In this document: piece after piece, positions 25,851 to 38,407 of the stretch
Layout: each line of letters opens with the position of its first letter
Numbering within the stretch: the first letter of the stretch is position 1
Assembly: GCA_965178125.1 (NCBI GenBank)
Contig: OZ237750.1
Coordinates: 434,001-498,000, forward strand
Source of the DNA: Bilabrum cf. latius
Lineage: Eukaryota
Direction of reading: 5' to 3'
Length of the DNA: 64,000 bases
Translations under genes and position numbers: made by a program
The notes under the pieces: model-generated
Database searches by the model: none
Told to the model about the DNA's origin: nothing
What the model saw: the letters and a program-made list of their open reading frames with translations, nothing else

Positions 25851-26726
25851 ATGGCAGGAGTTGCAACAGGACAAGGAGCAGGGACTGGCAAGAGGGAAGT
25901 TTCGTCTTCTGAGTTTGAAAGCCTTCATGGCAGGCTTGCGGTTGTGACAGGTTCGACGGCTGGAATTGGCTTCACATGCGCGAAGCAACTGCTAGAGAAG
26001 GGCGCGACCGTAATCATCAATGGACGAACTGCAGAAAGGGTAGAGGCTGCTGTCGAAAAGCTGCGTGCAGGAGTACCAGAGGGATAGGAAGGCCGAGTGA
26101 TCGGCGTTGCAGCGGACGTGTCCACAGCCTCTGGAGCGCAGCGACTGTTCGACGCTTCCACTGAGACCGGCAAATCATGCAGAATTCTTGTATGCAACGC
26201 CGGAATATTTGCAACAAAGGACTTTTTCGAGACGACAGACGATGAATGGCAGCGATACTGGCAAGTGAATGTGATGGGCTACGTGATGCTTTGCCGGCTC
26301 TTCTTGAAGCCCATGCTGGACTGCGACGTCACGTCCAGGGTCATCATCCTTGCGAGCGAAGCCGGCGTCAAACCGTTGCCCCACATGCTCGCGTACAGCG
26401 TCTCAAAAACTGCCAACATCAGCTTGGCTCGCGGGCTGGCAGAGCTTACCAAGGGCACCAAGTGCACGGTCAACAGCGTGCTGCCGGGGCCAACGAGAAC
26501 AGAAGGGGTCGAGAAATATTTCGAAGGGCTCGCAGAGAAGGAGGGGAAGTCCGCGAAAGAGGTCGAATCGGCCTATTTCGAGATGCACGAGCCGACCTCG
26601 CTCATCAAGAGGCTCATCGAACCGAAGGAGGTCGCCGCCACGGTGGCATTCCTGGCTTCAGATGCAGCCGGGGCCATCAATGGTGCGGCAATCAGGGTTG
26701 AAGGGGGTATTATAAGGTCCATTTGA
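25851..26726 (+). CDS. Short-chain dehydrogenase/reductase, 291 aa
   Basis: VTGSTAGIG Rossmann motif, VIINGR, LVCNAGIF, YSVSK catalytic YxxxK, VNSVLPGPT, GAAIRVEGG. The two track ORFs are joined by TAG 26085-26087. Ends at TGA. Confidence 0.93.
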
Positions 26727-26878
26727 GCGCGAGTAATGCGCATTGCGATAAGAAAGCCATCGTTGCGGCACTCAAATAACTACGCTGTTGTTGCGACCAT
26801 TCGCGTCTTTGTGAAGATGAAGATACTACTAGCCGCGCGGATACAAAAAACCGGTGCAAAGGGACATACTGCGCTGTC

Positions 26879-29450
26879 ATGGAGTTGTCCCCCCGATTAG
26901 CGGGTGCTTTACGAAAGGCAGAGGCCAAGCTGGCGCCCGCCCGCAAGGAGAGGCGGCCCCGGTCGAAGCTTCGAAGGAAAACCCAGGTATCCAAGGCAGG
27001 ACCTGCTGAAAAGCACCTCGTCCGTGCAAGCAAGCGTCCCAACACCGCACCGGGTCCTATGCATTCATTAGAAGAATCTGTGCGGAGGAATCCAAATTCT
27101 TTTTCGATCATGTGAGAACTCTCTGATATCTCCTCGCCCGTAGCGTGTCCGTTAGTTCGCAGCTACGGCGTATCTTTGCAACCGGTTCGGACCAAGACGT
27201 TCTCGCAGCCGGTCCAAGACTCCAAGATTTTCTGATAAACCGAGCGGGAAAGGGGCTGATGCTCCTCCAATGCACTACTAGACCGATACCGTCGGTCCAG
27301 ATATGGCGATCGCTGCACGAGTCGCAAGGTCGCCTAGGCACGTCAGCGTAATGAGAAGCAAAGCCAAGCGATTCCAGGAGCACACCTCAGACACGCCAGA
27401 TGTTGTGTACGACTTGGAGAAAGGTCGCACGGCCAGCATGGCTGCAACTGTGCTGGCCTCCGCTCGCACATACACTACGATGCGGTCAAAAACTCCTAGA
27501 TTTGGCAGCAAAGCTGCGGGCGGACTGCCTGCTGGGCCTGGTTCTGGAACCGGAGAAGGTTTGGAACATCTTGGCCCTGGTTCGTACGGGTTTGCCCCTG
27601 AAAATCCCAACTCGAAGCGACCGGTTTCGGCGAGGATCACCAAGGCTCCTCGCTTTTCGGACGTGGGCCAGAGACCCACCACCGCCGGAGCGTACTGCAA
27701 AGAAACAGCTCACCTGGAACCTTACAACTTAGAGCGCACCGACATGGCAACGATGGCGACCCGAACGGCCCGCTCGGCCAGGAATGCGAGCATCATGCGA
27801 TCGGCGGTGCCTCGGTTCGGCGACATTGCAGGCCACTCGAAGGACCCCCAGCTGAGGGTTGCGCTGGAGAACATAGCCCACGAGGAAGACGCGGCGGACC
27901 AAGGCCCCGTGCCTCGGCTGACGACAGCCGTGCATAAATCAAGGCGCGCTTACTCTGCTGCCTTCCGGTCGCGGCAAGCTAGGGGAGATCCTCACGGAGG
28001 TCCTTCGGGCGGAGGAGGCTCGGGCGCGCGGGCGTGGCGGGAGCGGCTGGCTGCGCTTGACTTTGTGGTGCCAGACACGACCTTCGTGACCGGCTCCAAG
28101 TCTAGCGTGCTGACCTCCATACGGTCCTCCAAGGCCAAGTACTCTGCCATGAGGTCCAAGGTGCCCAAGCACGGCGGCGGAAGGCACGACCCGCAGGCAG
28201 TCAAGCTCAGGGAGGGCAGAAGGCTCGGGCCGGGGGCTTACGATGTGGAGGCGGGGGAGCGCGCCACCAAAAAGAGCACCACCTTCAAGAGTTTATCGAC
28301 CCAGGACCGGTTCAAGGAGCCCACGTGGGCACGCAATGACGTCACCAAGGCGCTGGGCACTCACGTGGATCCAACACGGGAGGGCCGGAAGCACCTGGCA
28401 CGCAAGACCACCTACCTCAGCAGGACCGAGCGACCTCCGCTCATGCCACCGCAGGAGAGCGCCGGCGTTCCTTTCTACAACACCAACACCGCGCACAAGG
28501 CAGACCTGGTGAGCAAGGTGAAATCCAGCGCGGTCAGCTACAGCATGATGAGAAGCAAGCAGAGGAGGGCAATTGACCCGGAGGCATACATCGCGGGGGA
28601 TGCACGGGCAGCCAATGCGCCGCGTCGTCCTGCTCGTAGCGCAGACGCGCCCGACTTTTACGACGTGAAGCGCCTCCACAGCGGGCAGCCCGCCACGCTG
28701 TAGGCCAAGCTCAGGGAAGGCCCCCCGATCGGTACCAAGCTCGCTGGTGGCGCAGACGGGCGCGGCAAGAAGCTGCTGCGAGACCGGGAGAAGCGCATGG
28801 CAAGGCGGGAGGACGCTGTGCTGCACTCGCCCGTGCACTCCTAGGAGGCATGGGGTCCGCCGAGCCCTGTCTCCGTACGAGCTCCCACGGCCCAGAGCTC
28901 AGCTCGTGGGGGAATGGCCAGCAGTCGTGGGGGTCACGGAACAGGGGATCCGTCTTCGTGGCTCCGCAAGACGAAGCAGAACAGGCCGCTGTCGGCGCGC
29001 GTTCGGCGCAATCCTCGGGCGGCGTCTGCTGGTCGCAAGAGGGGGGGTTCTCCGAGGGGCACGGGCACAGACAGGGCAACGACGACCGGTGGGACTGGCA
29101 GGCGGCCGTTCCAGGGGCCTTCTGGTCGCGGGGCAAAGTACCAGGACGGCGCTCTGCCGGGCCACATTCGATCTCCAAGGGGAGAGGGGAATGGCAGCGC
29201 TAGCCCGGGGCTAGGCTCCACCTCCAGAGCGACCAGAGCGCTCGCTTCCGCCACGCAGAGGTTCGCTCCTCTGCCCTCTGACCAGGACGCGGAGACGAGG
29301 CAGTCGCTGCTCTCGATTCCTACCAGGTCCGAGAGGTTCCAAACGATCGAGTCGAGCGTGTAGCAGACGGCGCGCTCGTATTCGGTGTTCCGAGCGAAGG
29401 GGCGAGAGGCGCCAGTGAGAGGGAGGGGCTTTGAGGCTACCATCGGGTGA
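26879..29450 (+). CDS. Basic repeat protein, SHIPPO/STPG (ODF3-like) candidate ciliary protein, ~824 aa; exons 26879-27111 and 27209-29450
   Basis: Recurrent units (Y)SxMRSKxPRF with LGPGSY, LGPGAY and APDFY motifs. Intron 27112-27208 joins in frame. In-frame TAG at 27278, 28701, 28842 and 29361. Ends at TGA 29448-29450. Confidence 0.6.
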
Positions 29451-29560
29451 TCGCAGCGAACACAGAACTGTCCGCAGTGATGGGTGATTTGGATAGCGCA
29501 TAAGAAAGTTGTAGTCTTCAGTAATCTCAAAAAATATGGTCTGCATGATCCGCAGACAAG

Positions 29561-32500
29561 TCAGCAGCAGTATCCGCAGCACATGATGGACCCGTGCTTC
29601 TTCAGCCCAGGCAGACCTTGCTCCCCAGTTTCCTGCTTGGCTGAAATCACCTGAAGGCCCCTCCGCAGCGGGACCACAACGTCCTGCACCTCCTCGGGCA
29701 CCAGCGTGAGCAGCTCTCTTGCGGACTGGAGGGACTCCTACAGCGACCCAGCGGCGGGCCAATAGTACACCCCAACTGCGATAGTGAACGCAGCCGCAAA
29801 CACATACGTGACGATGGTCATGACCCCCCTGGTCGTGGACAGCCTCGCCGCCACCTCATCATCCATGAGGCGAAGCACCAGGCCGTACGCCTCCCGCATG
29901 TGGGGCAGCTCCAGAGACACCATGCGGAGCACGCGATGCCTGTTGTTTGCGCTGTCCATGCTGACAGCAGCGCTTGAAGAAGGAGACAGCTGCGACAGCA
30001 GCTCTTTTACGATGGACCCAATGCTCACCAGCGTGTTGAGCAGGCCATGGGTCATGATGCCTCCCTCCACCTCCACGCAGTCGTCGAATTGGAGCTGGGA
30101 ATCCACCTCGATCGCAGCCAGGATCGAAGAAGTGTTGCTGTCCTTGAGGACCTGAGGCAGGGAGCGCGATGACGCGCCCTTGGGCAGCACGCCGTCCCAT
30201 TGCCGCGAGGGCCAGTTCTCCGTGTACACCGGGCTGCAGGCGTCATGCATCAGCAAGTCAAGGGCAGCTGAAGACGAGGGAAGGGGTGGAAGGTCCACGG
30301 AGACTGCCGTGTAGTCCGAGGTTGTGGTGCCGCCGAACTGGATCAGCTCAGACTGTTCCGTCAGCAGCCTGTCGTGCTGCGCCACCCTATCGTAGGCCTC
30401 TAGCTGATCGTGAGTACCTGCGCGACCCAGCACCAGCTTTATCGACTGCCGCAAGGCACCAGACGCGTGCAGAGCAGATTGCTCGACCACCACCACGCGC
30501 TTGATGGCCGTCTCTGTGGAGATCATCCTCGACCGGAGGTACAGCGCGGTAAAGAGAAGCAGGCCCAGCACCAAGGTCACAGGAGACATGAAGAGGCAGA
30601 CCTTCCTGCAGATGAAGTTGGAGGACGATGTGTAGGGTCTGGACGGGGGCGGGATCGTCTGGTCCCCACCCCCACTTGAGACGGCGCCCGACGGAGCCAC
30701 CATCCGGTGCTCAGACATGGCGCTCTCGTACTTGCTAGACGATACGCCAATCGGTCGGCCGCCAAGCATGTCGTTTGTCGTCATCGGGCTGTCCTTTGAG
30801 CCGTGGCCCAGATCTGACTGGGCCGATTCGATGTCCATGACTGGCACACCATCCATTACCCTCCTGCTCCGACGACCAGGAAGCAACTCAGACTGCGAGC
30901 CCTTCGATTCCATGTTCTTGGCATGCTGCTCCAGTCGACGGAACACCTGACGCTCGGCTGCCTTCAACACGTTGCGATACACCTCCTCGCCGTCTGCCTC
31001 CTGCACAATCAGCCGTTTCTCTTCGTCTTCGTCATCGACCCCACCAGTCCCTGCGGAGGCCCCGTTGCTGTAGTCCTCCTACTCCACGACCATGCGGTCC
31101 AGGCTGGACTGAGCGCGGTCCTTCAGGGCCTTTGCTAGTCGTCGAGGGACGTGCAGCAGCAGCATGGTAACGGCCTGCGTGCGCTCGGCGATATCTCTCA
31201 CCGCAGAGTAGAAGATGGGAGCGGCGAGGCACACGCAAACCGCAAAGGACAGCATGCCACCGAGTATAATGTCCCTCTGGATCCGAGGCATGGCCGTGGC
31301 GAAGTCCCTCTATCTTAGCGCGAGGCTCTCGTTCATCGCGTCCATGAACGGGTAGTAGTTCAGCTACAAAAACTACAAGGGGACGGCGCTTTCCTGGTTC
31401 ATCTCTTCGATGTGCAGCTGCCCAAGCTGTGTGAAGGCAGTGTACATCTCCAGGCCAAGGTCCACCAGGTTGATCGTGCGGTTGGAGGGCTGGCTGCCTG
31501 GTGCTTCTGCATTTGGCTGCTGCACCTGTATGGACCTGTCAAGCTCGAAGTGGAAAGCATCTTTACCTCCGGCTTCCTGGATGTCGAACAAGTGTTCGTG
31601 CCGCTGTCGCATCGCATTGCTGTGGGCTGCCATCATTGCGACGTCTCGCGGGTACCCTGCAGTATCTCCAGCGGCGTCGTGGATGTCAAGCAGGTCCACT
31701 GCCATGGACGCGTTCGAGCTGCCCGTTGCGTTGGCGGCCTCTAGCCACGTGCTGTACCTGTCCAGATTCTCGGCATAGCTCATCCCGTACTCGAACTGAA
31801 GCATGCGCTCGCCTCCCTTGGTCAGCGCCACGGTCAGGGCAGACAGACGGTCGAGCTGGGCGTCCAGCCAAATGAGCTGGGCGGTGCCGATCACAAGAAC
31901 CGCGACGACGAGGAACGCGAGAGTCTGCCTGGAACGAGTCACCTCTGGTTCAGTCAACTTGCCCAGATTGCGGACGTTCCGCCTGACTGCAAGTACGGCG
32001 TTGGACCCGCTGCTCATCATGGACTGCCCTCCTCCCATCCCACCGCCCGTCATTGCCGACTGCATCGACGCCCGCTTCGACTTGCCCATCGACGGGGACT
32101 GCAGCCCTCCCGACGTGATGCGCGAGGTGCCCCCCTTGCTACCGCTTGCCATGCCTCTCCACCGCACGGCGCCAGCAGTGACGTCTAGGCTCCTCCTCTG
32201 GAGGTTAGAGCTGTTTATCACGTCAGATGTGTTCCTTTCGTTGGCATCTACTTTGCGACGTGTACCCATTCGAGTTGCCTTGGAGCGTCGCTTCGACGCC
32301 GTCTTTTTCTCCAGAGGTTCGCGCGAGTCCGTGTCCGAGAGGTCATCCATGTTGATCCCCGCTCGCGGTTTCGTGCCATTCTCTTTGAAGAAGTGGGCGG
32401 AGGGGCGGTGAGCCCAAGGGCCGGGAACCTTGCTGTCAGCCTCTGCTTGCTTGCCCTCAGCGCCTGCTGCTGCTGCTGTTGCTTTCGCTCCGCCCGCTGA

Positions 32501-35500
32501 GCTCCTCTCACTCTCCGGTGGGCTTGCTCCGGAATCGCTCGATGACGCCCTGGAAGTACCCTGCATGTCTTCTTTGCCGACCGTGCTCTGGGTCTGCTCT
32601 TGGGGATCGTTGTCGGAATCGGCGAAGAGCTTTTCGGCTGTCGCTTCTGCGACCAGCTGCTGATGACCAGCAACCGCGTGCACAGACGCGCCGATGTGCA
32701 GCCGCGTGCTAGTAGCAGCAGAGTCAACTAGGACAGCGTCTTCATGCCGTACCGCGCGCTTGGTTTGCAGAAGGGGTTTCACCTCGTCTGTGCTCGCGCC
32801 TGGTCTTAATCCACCGGAAGCTAGTGCTGCGATCGATTGTCTGGCCGCGTCTCCGTTGTCACCGTGGCCGCCCAGGCTCGGACGGCTAGCCCTAGACTCT
32901 TCCATACTCTTGTACTCATACACCCTGGATCCAAGCGCGATATCGCTGGCCCCATCGCTGCCCCCATCGCTGTCTGATTCGTCCGATGACGAGTAGTTGC
33001 CGGCAAAATTTTTCCTGTTCAGCTCCGCTTCCTGATTCTTGTCCACAAACCTCCAACGGAGCACGAAGAAATCGCCGGCACCGATCGGCAGCGGGACGAA
33101 CTGCACGCTGCCTAGCAAGAGAACATCGCCCTGGGGGGTACCCACCGCGGGGATGAGACCCACCTTGCTGTTCATGAGAGACAGAAGGGGCTTCACGTCG
33201 GCGGTGCGGCTGCCAGGACCATGAGAGCTGGGGTGCTCAGTGGTGCCGGCCGGAGCATCAGTCTTCAACGACACGGATGTGGCGGCGCGGGCCAGGAGCG
33301 CCCTTTCGGAGGTGTGATCCTCATGCCAGCCAGACATGTTAAGCAGGCTGCGCTTCCGCTTGCCAATCTAACCGACCGCAGTACTCTGCGAGCTAAGGAT
33401 GCCTGGGGGTGCCCGGTCGTTTTTCCCTCTGTCCTCACCCGACCCGGCGCCCGAGCTCTCTGCACCAAGCGCGCCGTCAATCCTGGACTGGATGAGCTGC
33501 CCTCTCCCAGTTTCAGCCTGACTTGTCTCCACCGTGTAACCCGTCTGGTCCCCGCTGGTGGACCGTTGATCGCTCTCAGAAAGTCCGCTCTCTGAAGGCC
33601 TTTTTGCCACCTTGCGGGCGTGGCTGCGGGCCACTGAAGACCGACGGGGCCGGCGGGCATTTCGTCGGAGTCCGAACTGCCTGCGAATGTCGTGCACGGC
33701 AGGTTGCGCCTTGAGCTGCCTGATCTGATCTCTATTCAGCTCGACGGTGGCAGAGTCGAAGGAGGGCGCGAGAGTGGGGAAGTAGGAGAGCATGTGTGCC
33801 CTGCCGTCCCCAATCTGGTCGTGGGAAAGCCCCAGGAGATCCACCGACTTCTGCGTGGCTGCATACATCCTGAACCCGCCTTCCACGGGCGCAAATGTGA
33901 TGTAGTCGTCCTCGCTGACGATGGGTCGCATCACCGCCGTGAACCTAGGCTCAAAGGTGCGCTCGTCCGGTGGAGACTCGATGATGGTGTTCCAGGCAGG
34001 GACCAGAGAGCCGTCTTGCCGCTGATAGAACACCGCCCTGTCCCTGTTCATGACCCGGGTCCGCTGACGGGGAGCCGCCGCGAATCGACTCAGCAGCGAA
34101 TCGTGGGCGGAGCGGATGGGTTCGGGCAGCACGCTGTTGATGTTGTGGCCCAGCAGTGCCGCCTGCGAGTATCCGAGCATCCGGCACGCCGCGGGCGACG
34201 CCGCGACGATCTCTCCGATGGAGGACCCCTGTCCCGAGATTGAGATGACGGCGCTGCTCTCGTCCATGATCGAGAGCCTGGCTGCCTTGACGTCAGCGAT
34301 GGCTGCGGCCGACATCCCTATCATGCCTCTCGCGGCGAGATCCCTCCGTTTCGCTGCCACGGCACTGGCAGAAGCCATGCCGGCTGTTCCGCCGCCCGCG
34401 CCGTGCTCATCGCCGTTTGGCCCCGTCTGCTCTGGCTTGGCCGGGGCGAGCATGGTGACGGTGCGCACGACCTTGCGCTTGTCCTGCCTGTGCACCTCTT
34501 CCAATCGATCCGCCTTGTTGAGGTACTCTTGTGCCTTATCTGGGTCCTGACCTAAGTCCAGCAGGTGCTTGGCGTATGCCCTCAGCGCGCTGGTGCTGTC
34601 GCTGTTAAGGTCCAGCATGGACCGGTGCAGCGAGTCAGCCGAGTGCAGCGTGCGCTGCAGCTGGAGCCCGATGGACCACAGCTTGTCGAGGTCAGGCGCC
34701 ACGTGCGACATGTTGGCCCACAGCCTGGTAAGCAGCTGGAAGCATTTGGTGCGAGCCTCCTGGGCCTGGTTGAACATCTGGTCGAAGAGCACCCTGTCGA
34801 TGGGGGAGGAGCCTTCGGAGCCTGTTTCTCGCAGCTGGGTGGACCGGTGGTAGATGTGGAATAGCACGTCGAGGGAGGGAGACAGTGCCCTCGCGCGGGC
34901 AAGGGCCATGGCCTCGTGGAAGAGCCATGGGCTGTGATCCCTGAACCCGATGGACGCCAGCATGCAGGCCATCTCCGACTGCGGGAACTGGGTGAGGAGG
35001 AAGTGCATGCCCCGGAAGGACTCGCGAAGCAGCCTGCTCTGCTCCTACTGCCGGTGGCGGGAGGCGCGATCCACGGCTGCAGAGACGCCGTCATCTCTCT
35101 TCTTGTTGTTGCTGCCTCCTCGCCTGGTAATGCCGTCTGTTGAAGTGCCGGCTTTGCCCTCTTCTGCTTCGGCGGCTTGGGGAGCAGTGCGCTGTTCGCT
35201 GTCCTCCTGCTCCTACGCAGCGGCAGCGGCGTACGCCTGGGCGGTTGTCGCGTCTGCCAGGGACTCAAGCTTGGCCATTTGCCTCAGCCTGAACCGAATC
35301 CATGCGTTTACGTCGTATACAGAGGAGGCCCCCGCGCTGAACTCTTCCAATCGCATGCTGGTCACATGGAACTGCCGCACGTACACGAGGGTGCCTCCAG
35401 CGAGACCCGCGACGGCACCGCCGAGCAGGAGAAAAGCAGAATGATCCTGGCCTTCAGAGGATGCCTACCCAATGGCAAGGCTCACGCCAAACCAGAGGTA

Positions 35501-36518
35501 GGTCGCGGCGAAACCTCCCATCAGGGCGTTTAACTCGGGAAGTGGGTGTACAAGCATGTAGGACGTCAGGTAGTACCACAGCGCCCCGCACCCGAGATGA
35601 ACAAGAGTCATATAAATCGTTCCAAGCAGCTGGTCGGCCAAGAGGTTGGATACGAGCGACAAGGTCAGCATAATGCACAGGACAGCGACATCAAGCCGTC
35701 CGGTCGCTTTTGCCGCCCAGGAGGCCGAAGTCGGATCCTTGTCGTGGAACACACTTGCAACTAGTAGTGCAAGTACTGCGAGGTAAGTCAAGTTGATGCG
35801 TGGCTTCGATAGGTCGGCATTTGATTCCAACTGGGCACTCTGTGTCATGCTCTGTCACACTGCGCAGCTTACCTGTCAAGATGAGCACAAAGATGATAGC
35901 CACGACAGCGGTGATGATACGTGCTGGAGAACTGCATTCTGCTCCTGTACCGAGCCAGTCGTTGTCTGTGCAGCTAATGCCTTGGAACAGCAATCCACTT
36001 ATCGGCAGGTAGAGCACAGACGCTGTCAAGCTTCCTGCCCATCTATAGACTCTAAGAAGAAGCCCGTTCTACGGCCAGTCTAACATGAATGATACTGCAA
36101 TGAAGCAAGCCGTCGCACAGACTCCAGCAGTCCATGCTGCAGCAATTGCAAAGAGAACCGGCTGAAACGCCGAGCCCTTCGATGCGCTTGCAGGCGCCAA
36201 GTATGACACGGCTCGACCGTACGCGAGTGCAACTGGAGAGTTGCCCCAGGGCAGTGCGCTGTTCGAGGCCACGATGAAACTGGAGAGCTGCAAGAAGCGA
36301 ATCGTGGCTATGAAGACGTAGTTAAACCTAGAATCCTCTTGCTGGCGAGTAAGCAGCGCCAGAGTACCGAACAAGCTCCTGACGATCTGTAGACCAAGTC
36401 TATCAAGGCATGTATTAGCCTTGCTGAAGTCGAAGAAACCAGTTTTGCTGGTGACCGACTGGCGGCCATGGTTTGCGCTGGTGCTGCCCGAATCATCAAC
36501 GGATGCAGAGCTCGCCAT
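29561..36518 (-). CDS. Large multi-pass membrane protein with PAS domain (tiny macrocysts TmcB/TmcC-like), ~2,286 aa; exons 36518-35873 and 35775-29561
   Basis: N-terminal TM cluster with DKDPTSASWAAKATGRLD, helical region LRAYAKHLLDL, PAS motif IVAASPAACRMLGYSQAALLGHNINSVLPEPIRSAHDSLL, then two TM-pair modules ending LLLHVP and LLTLVP. About 10 in-frame TAG. Ends at TGA. Confidence 0.78.
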
Positions 36519-36804
36519 ATCTCGAATCTTTGTTAAGATTCTTCGGACCAATCCTCTATCAATCGATACTACAAGTAGACAAAAAGGCTCTGCCGTGGGA
36601 GGATGGCGAGATACGAGCCTTTCAGGGGTTCTTTTCACGTCTACTGATGAAGTGCTCACTATTTGCAGTACAACTTTCGAAAGAAGGTTGGTGAGTCGCA
36701 GTTGGTCGCAAATTCATCTGATTCGACGCTCCACCCTTTTAAACAACAGTTCGACTCGGACACCGCTATCCTCTATACCAATAGTGTTTCAGCCATATGT
36801 GAAT

Positions 36805-37772
36805 TTAGTCTTCCATTGCTGCTTGGGTCGCAGCCTGCGTACCCTCACCAGACGAGCCAGCACCTCCCTCACCAACCTTAGAAGCCCCCCGAGCGGCACC
36901 CAGCCTCGCTGACAGCCGCTGCCCCTCTGCCTCCTCGCTGCGCTTGGCCTCTGCGAACCTCCTGTCCCGATCGGCGAACGCAGCCTCGAGGATGGCCCTC
37001 TGCGCGTCCGTCTGCGGCGCCGCGGCCCTCGCGGAGGACACCAGCTCGGGGTACTGCGAGGCAGCGTACTGAAGCACGTCAGTGGCCGTGAGCTCCGGCC
37101 GATCCAATTCTACCGATCGGGCCTTCGCACTCGCGGCTCCACCTTTGCTGAGAAGGTCTGTTTCGGCCTGGTGGGCCGCGGCGGCACCAGAGCCGCCAAG
37201 CCTGGCCTTTAGCTCGGCCTCAATCACCCTCTTCTGCTCGCGGCCGTGCGACGTGCTAGACATGGCATCCTACCCAACCACTCGTGAATCTCGAGATACT
37301 GCCTCCTACGGAACGACTGAACCTGCTGGGGCGGCACCGACCGAAATACCAAACTCAGCATCGGCGGCGTGCACGGCGGCATCTGCTGGCGTTTTCGCGA
37401 TTCGGGCAGCCTGTCTTGCCACCCGCATCCGTGCTAATTTGCCACCGCCCGCAAGTAGTTCATCGCAGAACTCGACCGAGTCCTGGACGAGAAACTGCGA
37501 TCCAAACGAGCGCGCTGGTTGGTACTGGTCGTTGCAGCTCGACCAAAAACTCAAATGAATACTATGGAGGACCGCAATGTACTTACTTCTTCAACAAGCG
37601 GGTCCAATAGCAGATCGGGGGCTTCTTTGAAGAACTCTCCCCGGATGAATTCCCTTAGCATCGAATCGGACTGCAACAAGCAATAATTCAAGGAGTAGGA
37701 CAGCTGGGACCTAAACTACACCAACATTGCATCCGTATACCTACACATCAGAAGCCTTACTGGAGCTACCAT
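36805..37772 (-). CDS. Hypothetical helical protein, 5' end uncertain; exons 37772-37761, 37670-37587 and 37494-36805
   Basis: Introns 37671-37760 and 37495-37586 have consensus sites and join in frame. In-frame TAG at 37306 and 37270. Ends at TAA 36805-36807, followed by AT-richer sequence. Confidence 0.5.
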
Positions 37773-38407
37773 CGCAAGAGTATTCCTCCTTTGAAGAAAG
37801 TGGCATTATTGACATGCGATATAATATCTGCATTGACACTAAAACATATCGCAACAAAACGGCAGCGCCCAAACGAGCGCGCTGTTTTCATCCCGCTTAC
37901 TCCAGCGCCTCCGGGAGAAAGATGCATAGCGTACAACTATACATAGCTATGCCACTCTCCATGCTGTCCTCTACTCGAGGCAACCAGCCCCCTACAACAA
38001 TCCCTCTGTAACCTGAGCCATAGTAGGTCACTGTCAATCCCTAGACTTAGATTGTGTTCATTGAACAGCAGCTGGTTGCTGCCCGCACTACTTCTTGCAG
38101 ACACAATAATTGCGTCTAGCGTGGGAAGGGGGGCCGAGCGGATCCTCCGGACCGCTTCCGTTCCATGCTGCGACTGGCGCGAAGCTCCTGCCTTCTTCTC
38201 TAGAGGCGCGCCCTACTGTGCGCACTTCATGTGCAACTGCCACAGTGTTATCGAGCCGCTTATTTAAAGCGCCATATGCATGCCCTTCGGTTGGCTGCTT
38301 TGGTGCATCCCAGCTAGTTCCTCGTGCTACGGCGTCGGGCTTCATCGGCCTAGTTCATCCGACTGAAGTGGTGAATCACCCGTAGTCTCCTGCGACTACA
38401 CAAATTC

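Noticed and set aside
2396-26726. Sugar-catabolism gene cluster (glycoside hydrolase, fuconate dehydratase, SDR)
   Set aside because: The genes are separated by ~10-kb unrelated genes, and the SDR substrate is unknown.
37773-38345. Upstream exon chain for the hypothetical gene that would need an in-frame TAA (~37808) read as sense
   Set aside because: The model is not unique: a start at ATG 37772 or another acceptor avoids the TAA, and there is no homology support. Worth rechecking with RNA-seq because it bears on the meaning of UAA.
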